Source: Felis catus
Lineage: Eukaryota
Assembly (NCBI RefSeq): GCF_018350175.1
Contig: NC_058368.1
Span: forward strand, 152,460,001 to 152,524,000
DNA length: 64,000 bases
Reading direction: 5' to 3'
This document shows, piece after piece, positions 11,370 to 22,960 of the stretch. Each line of letters opens with the position of its first letter. Position 1 is the stretch's first letter. The notes beneath the pieces are model-generated. The model did no database searches, had not been told where the DNA came from, and saw only the letters and a list, made by a program, of their open reading frames with translations. The position numbers and the translations under genes are program-made.

Positions 11370-12920
11370 AAGCCAGATTAATAAAAATTTAAAAGCATGA
11401 GAATGCATTCTGTTGTGAGACTGTGGAAAGGCATGCACTTTCATACATTACTGATACACCCTTTTGGAGAGGAATTTGACAATGTCTAACAAAACTATAT
11501 ATACATTTACCTTTTGACCTAATTATTCCACTTCTAGGAATTTACCCTGAAGATACACTTACAACAATAGAAAAATACATGTACAGGGTTATTCATTGCA
11601 GCACTGTTTATAATTGTGAAATATTAGAAACAACTAAAATGCCCATAAATAGAATGGTGATGAATAAATCATGCTACATCCACAGAGAATTATGCAGCTA
11701 TTAAAAAAAGAATAAGAAAAATCTTTATGAACTGATATAGAGTGACATCCATAATACATGGTTAAGAGAAAACAGCAAAATGCAAAAGAGTAGCTATAGT
11801 ATTTTGCCATGCGTGTAAGAAAAAGTAAAGGGAAATATAAGGAAATATACATATATCTGCCAGCTTTAGCAAAAAGTTACATAGAAAGGATAAACTAGAA
11901 GCAAATGAAATTGGGAAACTACAGGGGTAGGAACAGAATGGAAGGAATGGAGGAAAAGGAACAGGTAAAATGGATGAGTGGGATTATCTCTAAGTTTATC
12001 TTCACACACAGTTCTGATTTTTAGAACAATGACATTGTTTCACATACACAAAATACAAATAAATGTTAAAAATTAAGCAAGACTTGGAGAAAGTCATAAT
12101 GGAAATATAAACAGCAACAAATGAGCCTAATTCTATTAGAAATGAATAACATAACCCTATTTAAGGAGACAAAGAAAAAAAAGAACTAATCCAAGTCATT
12201 GTGGATAACAACATTTTTAATATACGTATTTTAACTCTAAAGACAAAAGAGGGGCGCCTGGGTGGCTCACTTGGTTAAGCATCTGACTTTGGCTCAGGTC
12301 ATGATCTCATGATCTGTGAGTTCGAGCCCCGCGTTGGGCTCTGTGCTGACAGATCAGACCCTGGAGCCTGCTTTGGATTCTGTGTCTCCTTCTCTCTCTG
12401 CCCCTCCCCAACTTGTGCCCTGTCTATGTCTCTCAAAAGTAAACAAATGTAAAAGAAAAATCTTTTAAAGACAAAAGAAACTGATAGAAGTACTATACCC
12501 TAATTAATAAATTATTCTGAAACTGTATCTATTCTAGGATTGAGCAAATAAATACACTGTGGTATCTATCTCACTTTTAGAAAAAGGATTTACAAATAAG
12601 GGAAGGGGGAAGGCTAGAATGGATTCAGTGGTGATGGACTAGAACTGGAGATGTTGGTATGAATCACGGTTTTTATTATACAGTGAGATGAGGAAAGAGA
12701 GAGAATGTGTTTCTCTGTGATGCCTATTAATAGGGTCTAGAAGCAATGACACCTGAGTAGTAATGAACACATCTAGCCTCCAGATCTTGGTTTCTAAAGA
12801 CATAAATAAAAGGAACCAAGACTCGTTGGAAAAATGGCTGATTCCAGGGCTGGAGCAGAGAAAATTCGGTCTGGGTATGGGACATTTAATGGAACCAGAA
12901 AATATGGAAGTGTTCATAGA
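11370..12920 (+). mobile_element. Degraded old L1 3' region (L1MC/L1ME-like)
   Basis: AATTATTCCACTTCTAGGAATTTACCCTGAAG, ATTCATTGCAGCACTGTTTATAAT, GAAAAATGGCTGATTCCAGGGCTGG. Confidence 0.65.
12251..12465 (+). mobile_element. CanSINE (SINEC_Fc-like)
   Basis: GGGGCGCCTGGGTGGCTCA head; TSD TAAAGACAAAAGA. Confidence 0.95.
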
Positions 12921-12922
12921 GA

Positions 12923-12923
<1 letters not shown>

Positions 12924-12961
<38 letters not shown>
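12924..12961. repeat. (CA)n microsatellite
   Basis: About 19 CA units. Confidence 0.97.
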
Positions 12962-12963
<2 letters not shown>

Positions 12964-13350
12964 TTGCACAAAACCTAAATTAAATGAAATAAAGAAGGAA
13001 AATATATGAAATTTTTAAAAAATCACTGGTGGCAAGGGAAAACATGGAGAAAAATACCTGAAATATTCAAATTAGATGCCTAAAATTAATTAATTTAGCC
13101 TTTGATTTTTTAATTTTACTTTGTCTAGGTACACATATCCAGCTTCCCCACTCACCTATTAATGAGTATTTAGAATAAAAATATAAGCTATAATTTATAT
13201 CATGTGCTCTAATACCATAAGCAGGACAAAGGAAACATTCCATGCACTTGATCATTTTAATCCTCTTCTCTTTGTCTATTATTATCATTACAAAGAAAGG
13301 TTAAATACTGCATACTTCAATGCTGTTCTCAAGAATAATTCCCAAAACCC

Positions 13351-13574
13351 GGGGCGCCTGGGTGGCGCAGTCGGTTAAGCGTCCGACTTCAGCCAGGTCA
13401 CGATCTCGCGGTCTGTGAGTTCGAGCCCCGCGTCAGGCTCTGGGCTGATGGCTCGGAGCCTGGAGCCTGTTTCCGATTCTGTGTCTCCCTCTCTCTCTGC
13501 CCCTCCCCTGTTCATGCTCTGTCTCTCTCTGTCCCAAAAATAAATAAACGTTGAAAAAAAATTTTTTTTTAAAA
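13351..13574 (+). mobile_element. Young SINEC_Fc-like element
   Basis: CpG-rich body; perfect TSD AAGAATAATTCCCAAAAC (13331-13348, 13575-13592). Confidence 0.97.
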
Positions 13575-16029
13575 AAGAATAATTCCCAAAACTAAAAGTA
13601 AGGTCCAGTTTTATGTCTTAGGAACTTACAGTAGAGATTGATAAATAACTATAGACAGCATTCCTTTGCCCTCCCTGGGTTGCCCTGGAGATTGGCGGGG
13701 AGGGGGTTTGTAATTCTGGTTGTCAACATCAGCTTCAGGTGGATGCTTTTTATTTTATGTAAAAGTTGACTATTCTTCAGAGAATTGCACATATTCACGC
13801 TAATGGTGGGTATTCTAACTAGTCAGTCACTGCCTGAGTCAGCTCTTCTAAAGTTGCTCTGAATGTTATTTTAATCTTCTATTTTTTATTTACCTTTCCA
13901 TCCATTTATTGTGTCTCTCTACTAGTGAACCCAACACACCTGAATTTATCTTAAAATTCCTTCCTTTGCACTTCCTACAGCATGTATCATGGTATTTGCT
14001 TCAAAGAGATACAGTTTGAGTATGAGACTGTTCGTTACCTTGCAACTTTGAATCGTGCTTTCCGTACAAAGAAGCGGGATCAATATTACATACTATGAAT
14101 TGAAAGGACAACCAACTAATCCGAAAAACACCTTTACTTATCTTCAAACTGCCTATTAGAAAAAAGTAAACACAAATGGTAATTTGAAAATGATAAATAC
14201 CTTTAGTCAAGTTAAATTAATCTAAGTATTTTTTTTATATTGAGCAGAATTTCTCTAAGAAATGTATGCATCTATTTGCTTCATCCTTACAATTACCTTA
14301 TAATGTAGGAATTATCCCGTTTAATAGATTGAGACTCAGAACTTCCTACATTTGCCCACAGTCAATTCGGCAAGTTTGTGGCAGAACTGGAGTTCACGAT
14401 TCAGTGTGACTTCAAAGCCAATGATCTTTCTAACTGTACCCGCCCCCCCACACACACCCCTAATAAAATCTGAAAAAGATAAAATCAAAATAGTTGAGTG
14501 AAGTTTTAATTATGCTCAAACTAAAAACAGAGCATGAGAGGCAAAAAAAAAAAATCTTAGATAAAACCAACACAAACAGCACTGGACTAGAAGTAGGGAG
14601 ACCTTGGTTCTAGACTTTTTCTCATGCTATACCTCTCCACTCTTCTAATACCTGGCTCATTAAAACCAGACATTAAATATTCATTGACTCACTCACGTCT
14701 AACTAAAGGGTACAAATAGAATCTTTAAAACAAAATTAATCAACCCACCATATGATAATAAAATTTCAATTAGCTAGAACAATTAGGAGATTGTTTAATA
14801 TAACCTTTGGTTAACTAATCATGAATAGAAAATCCTTTTTGTAGATTCAACTTTGCTATTGGACATCTATCTAAAACTCTTTTACTAAGCAGAGCAAATT
14901 TTATAGTACAGAAGAATTACTGAAGAACTTGTTATAGTAGATTCTGGGGCTCTATCTTCAAAGACTACACTTGAATTAAGAGACTATACACTATATGTAT
15001 GTGTGTAATTCTGGAGTGATTCTGATTCTGATCTTAAGATGAAACTGAGAAGCACTAAGTAAAGGATACAGAACATACTAAAGCCTTTTTTGATGACAAG
15101 ACTTGATAACACCTCAGTCATCATCCTGACCACTTACCATTTTTTTTCTAAACCCCTGATGTTAAAGGCACAGAATCCTGGGCCAGATTCTAAGAGTCAA
15201 TAACCCTGGCTTTTACCTTTGCCCTTTAAAGAAAGTGTATTTTAAAACTCCAAACGGAGGTTAATTGCCTTCTGATAAATTGAGGTTTTGAGATTTTCAT
15301 TAGTCAGAATTAGGTGACATGGAATACAAAGTCACAATTGACATTACTAAAAGCAATGTTCGTGATACATCCTTCTTCAGGTTTTATCAAAAATATACGC
15401 AAGCATCACACATGGTATATGCCAGAACTACTTTTTCACACCTTTCTATTTGAGTAGCTCATAGGCTCACTTTATTCATGGGTACAACAAACAGTGCGTG
15501 ATCAGTAGCCATGGTTGCTAATAGGTATTTTAAGAATTAATGTGTAAGTGACACAGTTTAAAATATATATTAAATAGCTGGCACCAAAATTCTTCTTAGA
15601 GAAAGAACATTTGTTTAGGAAAATATCCTGCTGACCCATTTGGGCGGGAATATTCATGTCAGAAGGGAAAAAAAGAAGAAAGGGAGGACTGAATTTCTCT
15701 GCATGAAAAATGTAAGAAATTTGGGGAAGGGGGTGTTCCTTAAGAATGGAGGAAGGATGGAGAGGGATAAAGGTAAACAGTATAGCAAGGGCTAGAGTAC
15801 CAGTTATAAGAAATAGCCAAGTTTTTGTTTTGTTTTGTTTTGTTTTTTAAGTATAGCAGTGTTTAATACAATTTAAAGTTATCTGTTTGGCTTAGATATA
15901 AACTTATTTTTATCTCTCCAAACATTCACTGAAGGCTGCTCTACTCTAAATGAAACTTATACTTTTCCTTTTAACCCCTTCTAAATTGTTCCATTTTTAA
16001 TGTATGTATCATAAATAATGAAACAATAA

Positions 16030-16230
16030 TATTCAAGTACTCTCTAAGCTCTTTAACATTTATTATCTCATTTAATCTTCAAAACAATTCTATAAAGTAG
16101 GTACTATTATTAGGTGCATTTTATAGATGAGGAAGCTGAATTCTAGAGAGGCTAAATAACTTACCTAAGATTACACAGGTAGTAAGTGATGGAGCCAGAA
16201 TTCAAACACAAGACCCCATGCTCCTAACCT
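16030..16230 (-). mobile_element. MIR (ancient SINE)
   Basis: TCTCATTTAATCTTC...TTTTATAGATGAGGAAGCTGA...TAAATAACTTACCTAAG...AGTAAGTGATGGAGCCAGAATTCAAAC, the MIR core in reverse. Confidence 0.85.
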
Positions 16231-16479
16231 TTCCTGGTTCAAACATATGTTTGGAGCGAAATAGGCTCATCCATCCATAGACACATACATAAAATAAAGA
16301 GACATTCTAGTCTCTTTATTTGAATGCCTCTTTATTTAAACAAAATACATTTTTATAAAATAGGAATATTCAAAATATGAATAATATTCAAATGTGGATA
16401 ATATTGTTATACTACTATAATTTTCAAAATATTTTAAAATCACTAAAAGTAAAAGCACAGTAATAATAAATTCTGGGTT

Positions 16480-16653
16480 GGGGCACCTGAGTGGCTCATT
16501 CAGTTGAGTGACTGACTCGGTTTCAGCTCAGGTCATGATTCCAGGGTTGTGGGGTGGATGCTTGCTTACAATGCTCTCTCCCTCTGCCCCTCCCCCTCAC
16601 TTGTGCTCTCTCTTTCTATATATAAAATAAAATTAAATAATAAAAATAATAAC
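16480..16653 (+). mobile_element. CanSINE (internally shortened)
   Basis: GGGGCACCTGAGTGGCTCA head; TSD AATAATAAATTCTGG. Confidence 0.9.
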
Positions 16654-16799
16654 AATAATAAATTCTGGATATTGAATTCCCATTCCTCAGCATCTTTACT
16701 TCTATCATATTATCATCCTTGAAGAGTTAATCACTGATTAATTCACTAATAATTAATTAACAACTAATAATTGCTTACGCACTAGAGTATAATCTCAGT

Positions 16800-17325
16800 A
16801 CTGGTTTTAAAATATGTTCAGAAATTTCTTGACACTCTTCCCTCCAAAAGGTGGATCCTAATTCCCCTCCTCTTAAATGTGAGCTGGACTTAGTGACTTA
16901 CTTTTAATGTGATCAAAGTAATCACGTATAAGTTGGTCATAAAAGTCTTCGCAGCTTCGTCTTGCTCTGGATCTTAGATCACTTGCTCTGGGGGAAGCCT
17001 GCTGCCATGACATGAGGACACTGCAAGCAGCCATATGAAGAAATCCATGTGACAAGGACCTGAACCCTCCTGCCAACAGCCAGTGAGGAATTGGGGCCTC
17101 CTGCAACAGTCGTGTGTGTGTGAGCCATGTAGGAGGTGGATCTTCCAGTCCCAGCCAAGCCTTCAGATGACTGCAGCCCCGTGAGACACTTCAAGACAGA
17201 ACCACCCAGCTAAGGCACTTCCAGTTTCCTGGGCCCACAGAAACTATGTAAGATAGTAAATACTTACTGTTTAAGTCATCTGCGTTTGGGAGAATTTGTC
17301 ATAGTAGCAATAGGTAAGTAATAAA
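16800..17325 (+). mobile_element. MaLR solo LTR (MLT1F-like)
   Basis: Recognisable MLT1 segments: CTGGACTTAGTGACTT, GAAGCCTGCTGCCATG, CCAAGCCTTCAGATGACTGCAGCCC, CCCACAGAAACT. Confidence 0.8.
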
Positions 17326-17335
17326 CTCCCCATGT

Positions 17336-17527
17336 CAGTGATTATCAAAATGTGGTCCCAAGATCAGCAGCATCAGCATTTCCTAGGTACTTGCTAGAAA
17401 TGCAAGTTCTCAGGCCCCACACTAGACTTATTAAATCAGGAACTCTGGGATTGAGGGGCTACAATTTGTTTTAACAAGCCCTCTAGATGATTCTAATGCA
17501 TACTCATACTAAAGTTTGAGGACCATT
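17336..17527. mobile_element. MER5A-like hAT-Charlie MITE
   Basis: CAGTG...TGTGGTCCC...CAGCAGCATCAGCAT...GAAATGCA...TTTTAACAAGCCCTC...AAGTTTGAGGACCA. Confidence 0.85.
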
Positions 17528-19694
17528 ATGCTAAGTCTTCAGTAACTTGGCTAACAGTTAACCTCAAACCTCCTTAATACCAGCCCCAACTCCTACCTCC
17601 CAAGAAACCTGTATTTATTCTTGGAATATAGTATAATATTAGCATGAGATTGTAGACAAACCTCTTTCTCATGACAAAATATCAACTCTGAAAGGGCAGA
17701 GACTGCCTATCTCCACATTGTGCCCAGCACATAATAAGTGTTCAATAAAAATTAGTTGGATAATTATAAGAATGACTAAATACATAACCATTATTTGGTA
17801 AAGAGTAAAGTGAAGTCTTATCTTTTTTTTCTTTCCTATTTATCATCACTTGAACTTGAACTTTTTCAAAGTGACTTCAGCTAAGAACATCTGTTTGTTA
17901 TGGTATCCATGGAGATGAGATGCTTGTAGTATATAAAAGTATAGATTAATATGACTAAGCGTGACTTTACAACATATGCTCACTTAGGTGGTTTGTGAAG
18001 TTGTTCAACACAAACTGATAATCCATCAATTACCAGCCATCAACAATATGTCCCCCTAGTGATATGGTCCTTATTAAGGGCTGTTTGAATACCAAAAGAG
18101 GATTTGAGAAAGCTGGCAAATGCTAACATTTGCCTGACATTTGTTCTTATCATTCTAAAATATGTATTATTCATAAAATGGTAACTCTAATTGATTATAT
18201 GAGTATACAAAAACTAACAGGTAGTGATATGAAGCCCTCAAAATAAGACAGTTCATAATATTAATTCTGTAGCATTTTTAATTAGCTAAATGAAAAGTCT
18301 GTATTCCAAGGATTTGGGGTTACAAAGTTAAACAATTTTCATTCCTACTGGACATATCAGAACTTTTGATATACTAATGTGAAATGTGAATTTTCAAGAA
18401 GTGAATGTAATGAACGATTCTATTACATACAGCATAGAACCTTTGGGAGGAGCCACTTATAAAGCTAATACTCTAGAAAACACTGCCCTAGTGTAAATCT
18501 TTAATGATTTCTCTACTTCTTTGAATTTGAAATTTAAAGTGTATTGTTTGGTTTATAAAATATCTCTTCTGGTTATATTTAAATCTTTTAAATCAGTATT
18601 TCATATACTTCCTATAAACTTAACTCAATATCATTCTTATCTCTATGTTATTATATATTCATTGATATTATGATTGTGTACGAAGTAATTTTTTTACTAT
18701 AAAGTACAACTTGGTTGTTAAAATTACATTCCCCAAATCACATACATTCTCTGTATATTATTAACTTAAGTAAAAACCATACAGAAATATTTTAACAACT
18801 ACAACAGTTCAAAGGAACAATTATATAAAAATGACTGTGATAGTTAAAACCTTTGGGAGTATACTAATAATTTAATTATACTAATAATACACTAGGGCAA
18901 TGACTTCCAATGATACTGTGTTCCAACTTCTGCACTGCAGCCTACACATTGTAGGTTGTCAGCCTCCTTCTCTGAGAACAAATACTCCACCCCATCCAGA
19001 GATGGGTCATGGAACCAATGTGGTACTCAGTAACCTGTTGCCATAGGCTACAATTAATTGGGCCAGATTTGGATACTACACTAAAGCTTGTCCAATCAGA
19101 TTCTCTTTCCAGGAATTTGTATTTAGGATTAAACAATTCTAGCTTGTCTCTGCTGGTGGTAAAAACTGAGCCCATATAAATTTGGGAACTTTGGGGTTCT
19201 ATTTAGATGAAAAAGAAAACTTTAGACTATTTAGATGAAAAAGAAAAAAATCAACCTGTGGAGAAAACCAATAAAACATACACTCCAAGGGAAGTGTGCA
19301 TGATCTTAGAATGGTGCTTCCTAATTATCTATTTTATAAAACTATGGCACTTGTTTATAATGGATACTTGGCAGAATTAACAAAGAAAAGTCACTTCAGT
19401 TTGTAACTACTTACCTAAAATAGAACAGTATGGTTACAAAGTAATAGATAAATTGTGAGTCACAGGATCATACTTAGAAACTTCTAGTTTAACATAAATA
19501 AAAATAAGTAAACAAATAAAAATTCTCCATTCTCCAAGGTCAAAGTTTCCAAGATCCTACATTTTGGAATCTTTGCCCACATCTAAAGCAATGGCCCCAT
19601 CTTTGTAGATGGTTTTGTGGCTGAGCCACAAAAGAACTCACATGCTGCTCTCTGACCCTCTATGGGCAGATCTGATTATAGGTAATGGGCCCTT

Positions 19695-20647
19695 TGTAAA
19701 GAAAAACTCACTTCTGTGTTTTTCTCTTTTACTCTCACACTGCTACCACACTCACAATACTTCTGACACCCATCGTATGCAGTTTTTTTTTTCTCATATG
19801 AAGCAATTTTCTGTGATACTAGCTGTGTGTCCTATAATTCAATTAAACTCTGACACTAACTAGAGTTAGTGCAGACCCTACAGGTTAAGAGGTCAGTCCT
19901 GCAATACTGCCCCCAATTTTAGATGCCAATTGTAAGTAGTAGGATCCCAGGTTGCCCACAACTTCTGTCCAACTTAGCTACATATTGGAGGTTCCCATGA
20001 TCCCCCTTCTCAGATTCAATCATTTGCTAGAATAGCTCACAAAACTCAGAGAAACACACAGGTCTACCAATTTATAATATGATAAAGGATATGATTAAAA
20101 AAACACAGATGAATAGTCAGATGAAGAGATACATAGGACAAGACCTGAGAAGATCTCAAGCATAGGAGATTCATTCTCCATGAAGACATACCTCCTTCCA
20201 GCAGTAATGTATTTGCCAACCCAGCAGCTCCATGAATCCTGTACTGTGGTGTCATCACATAGGCATGATGGAATACTGTTTCCAGCCTCTCTCCTGTCTT
20301 CAGAGAATGAAGGGTGGTGCTGAAAGTTTCAAACTTCAAATCATGACTTGGCCTTTTTGGTGACTGGCCCCACCCAGGAGTCCATCTCAAGTCAACTCAT
20401 TAGTACAAGACATTCCAATTACCCAGGAAATTCCAAGGAATTTAGGAGCTCTGTGGCAGACACTCTTACTGCTCGGGAGATTGATTACAAAGGTCTTAAG
20501 AGCTCTGTGTCAGAAACTAGGGTCAAAGATAAATATTAGGACAAAAAGATTCTCCTAGCACCCCATTTACAAGGGTTTTGAGAGCTCTGTGTCAGGAAAG
20601 GGGATGGGGGGGTAGAGAACAATATATATATTTGTTATTATTTTACA
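19695..20647. mobile_element. ERVL-type solo LTR (MER21-like)
   Basis: TG...CA ends; ACTTCTGACACC, TTAGTGCAGACCCTACAGGTTAAG and repeated GAGCTCTGTG blocks typical of MER21. Confidence 0.7.
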
Positions 20648-21091
20648 GCCATTCTGGAACAAGCCCCACCATCCTATGAACTGCCTGTGACTGATATGGC
20701 CCATGGAGAAAGCTAAAGTTAAAACCTAGAGACATTCTTTGTTATAGAGGGGGTAGATACTGAAAGTATAAATGACCTGATATCTGAGATTTCAACTCTT
20801 TCTGACTCATTAGTGTATGATAACCATTTGGGTTAAAAAAAAAATCAAATAATTCATTTGAAAGACCAACTATGCAGTGAGCAATCTGTGGATGGAAATC
20901 TGTGTGGTTAAGGTAACTAAGTATAATTTTTGTTTACCTTTTTTATTAGTTCAACAGGACTGTACTATGATGTGATAATAACTTCTAAAATGTAGCAACT
21001 TAACCCATTTAATTTTTCCACACTAAATATGAAAAGAGGAACACAGGAGATTTCAATACTATCATGAAGTCCCTAAGAAACCCAGGCTGTA

Positions 21092-21206
21092 GGGGTGTCT
21101 GGGTGGCTCAGTTGGTTAAGCATCTGACTTCGGCTCAGGTCATGATCTCGCAATCAGTAAGTTCGAGCCCTGTGTCAGGTTCTGTGCTTACAGGACCCTG
21201 TTTCAG

Positions 21207-21258
<52 letters not shown>

Positions 21259-21277
21259 AAATAGATAAACATTAAAA
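21092..21277 (+). mobile_element. CanSINE whose tail runs into a purine microsatellite
   Basis: GGGGTGTCTGGGTGGCTCAGTTGG head, long (CT)n. Confidence 0.92.
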
Positions 21278-21329
21278 AGGAAGGAAGGAAGGAAGGAAGG
21301 AAGGAAGGAAGGAAGGAAGGAAGGAAGGA

Positions 21330-21385
<56 letters not shown>

Positions 21386-21427
21386 AAAAAAGAAAGAAAG
21401 AAGGAAGGGAGGAAGGGAGGGTGGGAG

Positions 21428-21477
<50 letters not shown>

Positions 21478-21569
21478 AAAGAAAGAAGGAAAGGAAGGAA
21501 GGAAGGAAGGAAGGGAGTGTGGGAGGGAGGAAAAAAGAAAGAAAGAGACAGAAAGAAAGAAAGGAAAGA
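21278..21569 (+). repeat. Compound (GGAA)n/(GAAA)n polypurine microsatellite, about 290 bp
   Basis: Read directly from the sequence. Confidence 0.97.
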
Positions 21570-22903
21570 ATCTCCATCTTAGCACAGAGTTTCATGATCA
21601 TCACAGCAGGGGAACGCCATAAAGTGCAGACAGGCTCTTACTACTCCCACCTCTGGTTGATACATAGCACTTCCGCTCAGATTTCATTAGCCAAAACATG
21701 TGACATAGCCCACCGGGGTGAGACTTTCAATCCTTCCATTGCCTGGAAGTAGAATGGAAAATCTGTGAATAAATACATTATGACATATTTTGTATTTGAG
21801 CACCTGACAATTCACATTACTTAGTAAGAAGTAGGAAAACACTCAGGCTCCTTCCATGGTTTCTTCTCACTTAAAGCTCAATTCTGGCCCAAATATTTCT
21901 ACTCATAGCCAGCACCTCAAACATTTCTGAGCTAGTTTCTTATGATACAGAGGAATCCACTAAGGGATTCTGGCACAGGAACTAGCAATATTTCAAATAT
22001 CAGGGGAAGATGATTTGTGTAAGCAAGGGAAATAGCGAGGATCTGCTTTTTACAAATATCTTCTACCCCCAAAGTTCATCAGTTTTGCATCTTTAGATTA
22101 AAAGGGCATTTAAAAAAACATTTACAATTAAAAAGGCAATGTATGCTCAGAAATTTCAAAAATAACAGAAAAAAATCAAGACGAGTAAGAGAACTCCTTT
22201 TTACCAGCTAGAAATATACATTTCTTATTATAGAGAATTTCAAAACATATGCAAAAGTACCTAGGCATTTAATAATGATACAATGGAATTAACATGCACC
22301 AATCTTTGTGCAAATCTCTAAGTATTTATCAGATGGAATTAATACAAATATATTAACAATCAAAAAGCGCGGAAATTTTGTTAAAGTCCTTAACACATAT
22401 TGCTCACTTGTGAAATCCACAAGGTTAGGAAGTTTATCTTATTTGCCTCTGTGTCAGCAAAGTCAGAAAAGTAACTGGCACATGGTAGACATTCACTAAG
22501 AATGTGCCAAATGAATGAATGAATATATCGCCAAGGGGCTTTCCAAAATAAACTGTACATTCAAATACAATTATTCCCACAGAAAGTTAAGTCTATCACT
22601 TGTCACCATCTTGGTCTGATTCATTATTTAGGTAATTTATTTCTTCCTGATACTTAGTAAAGGAATAGGTATATTTAATGACAGTCATTTCCTGGTAAGT
22701 AGTACATGGGAGAAGGATACAAATTTACCTTCCCTCCAATTCCCTCCAAAATTTCCCTGGAATCTTAGGACTCAACCTTAGGACTCAACAACTCTTGCAG
22801 CAAGAAAAAAATATATACTCAATTTGTTGAAAATATTTATATTCTCCTAAAACCTGGGTAGGAAACATGTACTTATAGAGATATATAGGTAATATAAGTA
22901 TCT

Positions 22904-22904
<1 letters not shown>

Positions 22905-22955
<51 letters not shown>

Positions 22956-22960
22956 TGTGC
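22905..22960. repeat. (GT)n microsatellite ending in GCGCGTGTGC
   Basis: Alternating purine-pyrimidine tract read directly. Confidence 0.97.

Noticed and set aside
19199..19247. 21-bp direct repeat CTATTTAGATGAAAAAGAAAA with a 7-bp spacer
   Set aside because: Only two copies; ordinary local slippage duplication with no array structure.
21256..21752. Phe/Leu/Ser-rich and Lys/Arg-rich ORFs
   Set aside because: Translations of the (GAAA)n/(GGAA)n microsatellite.
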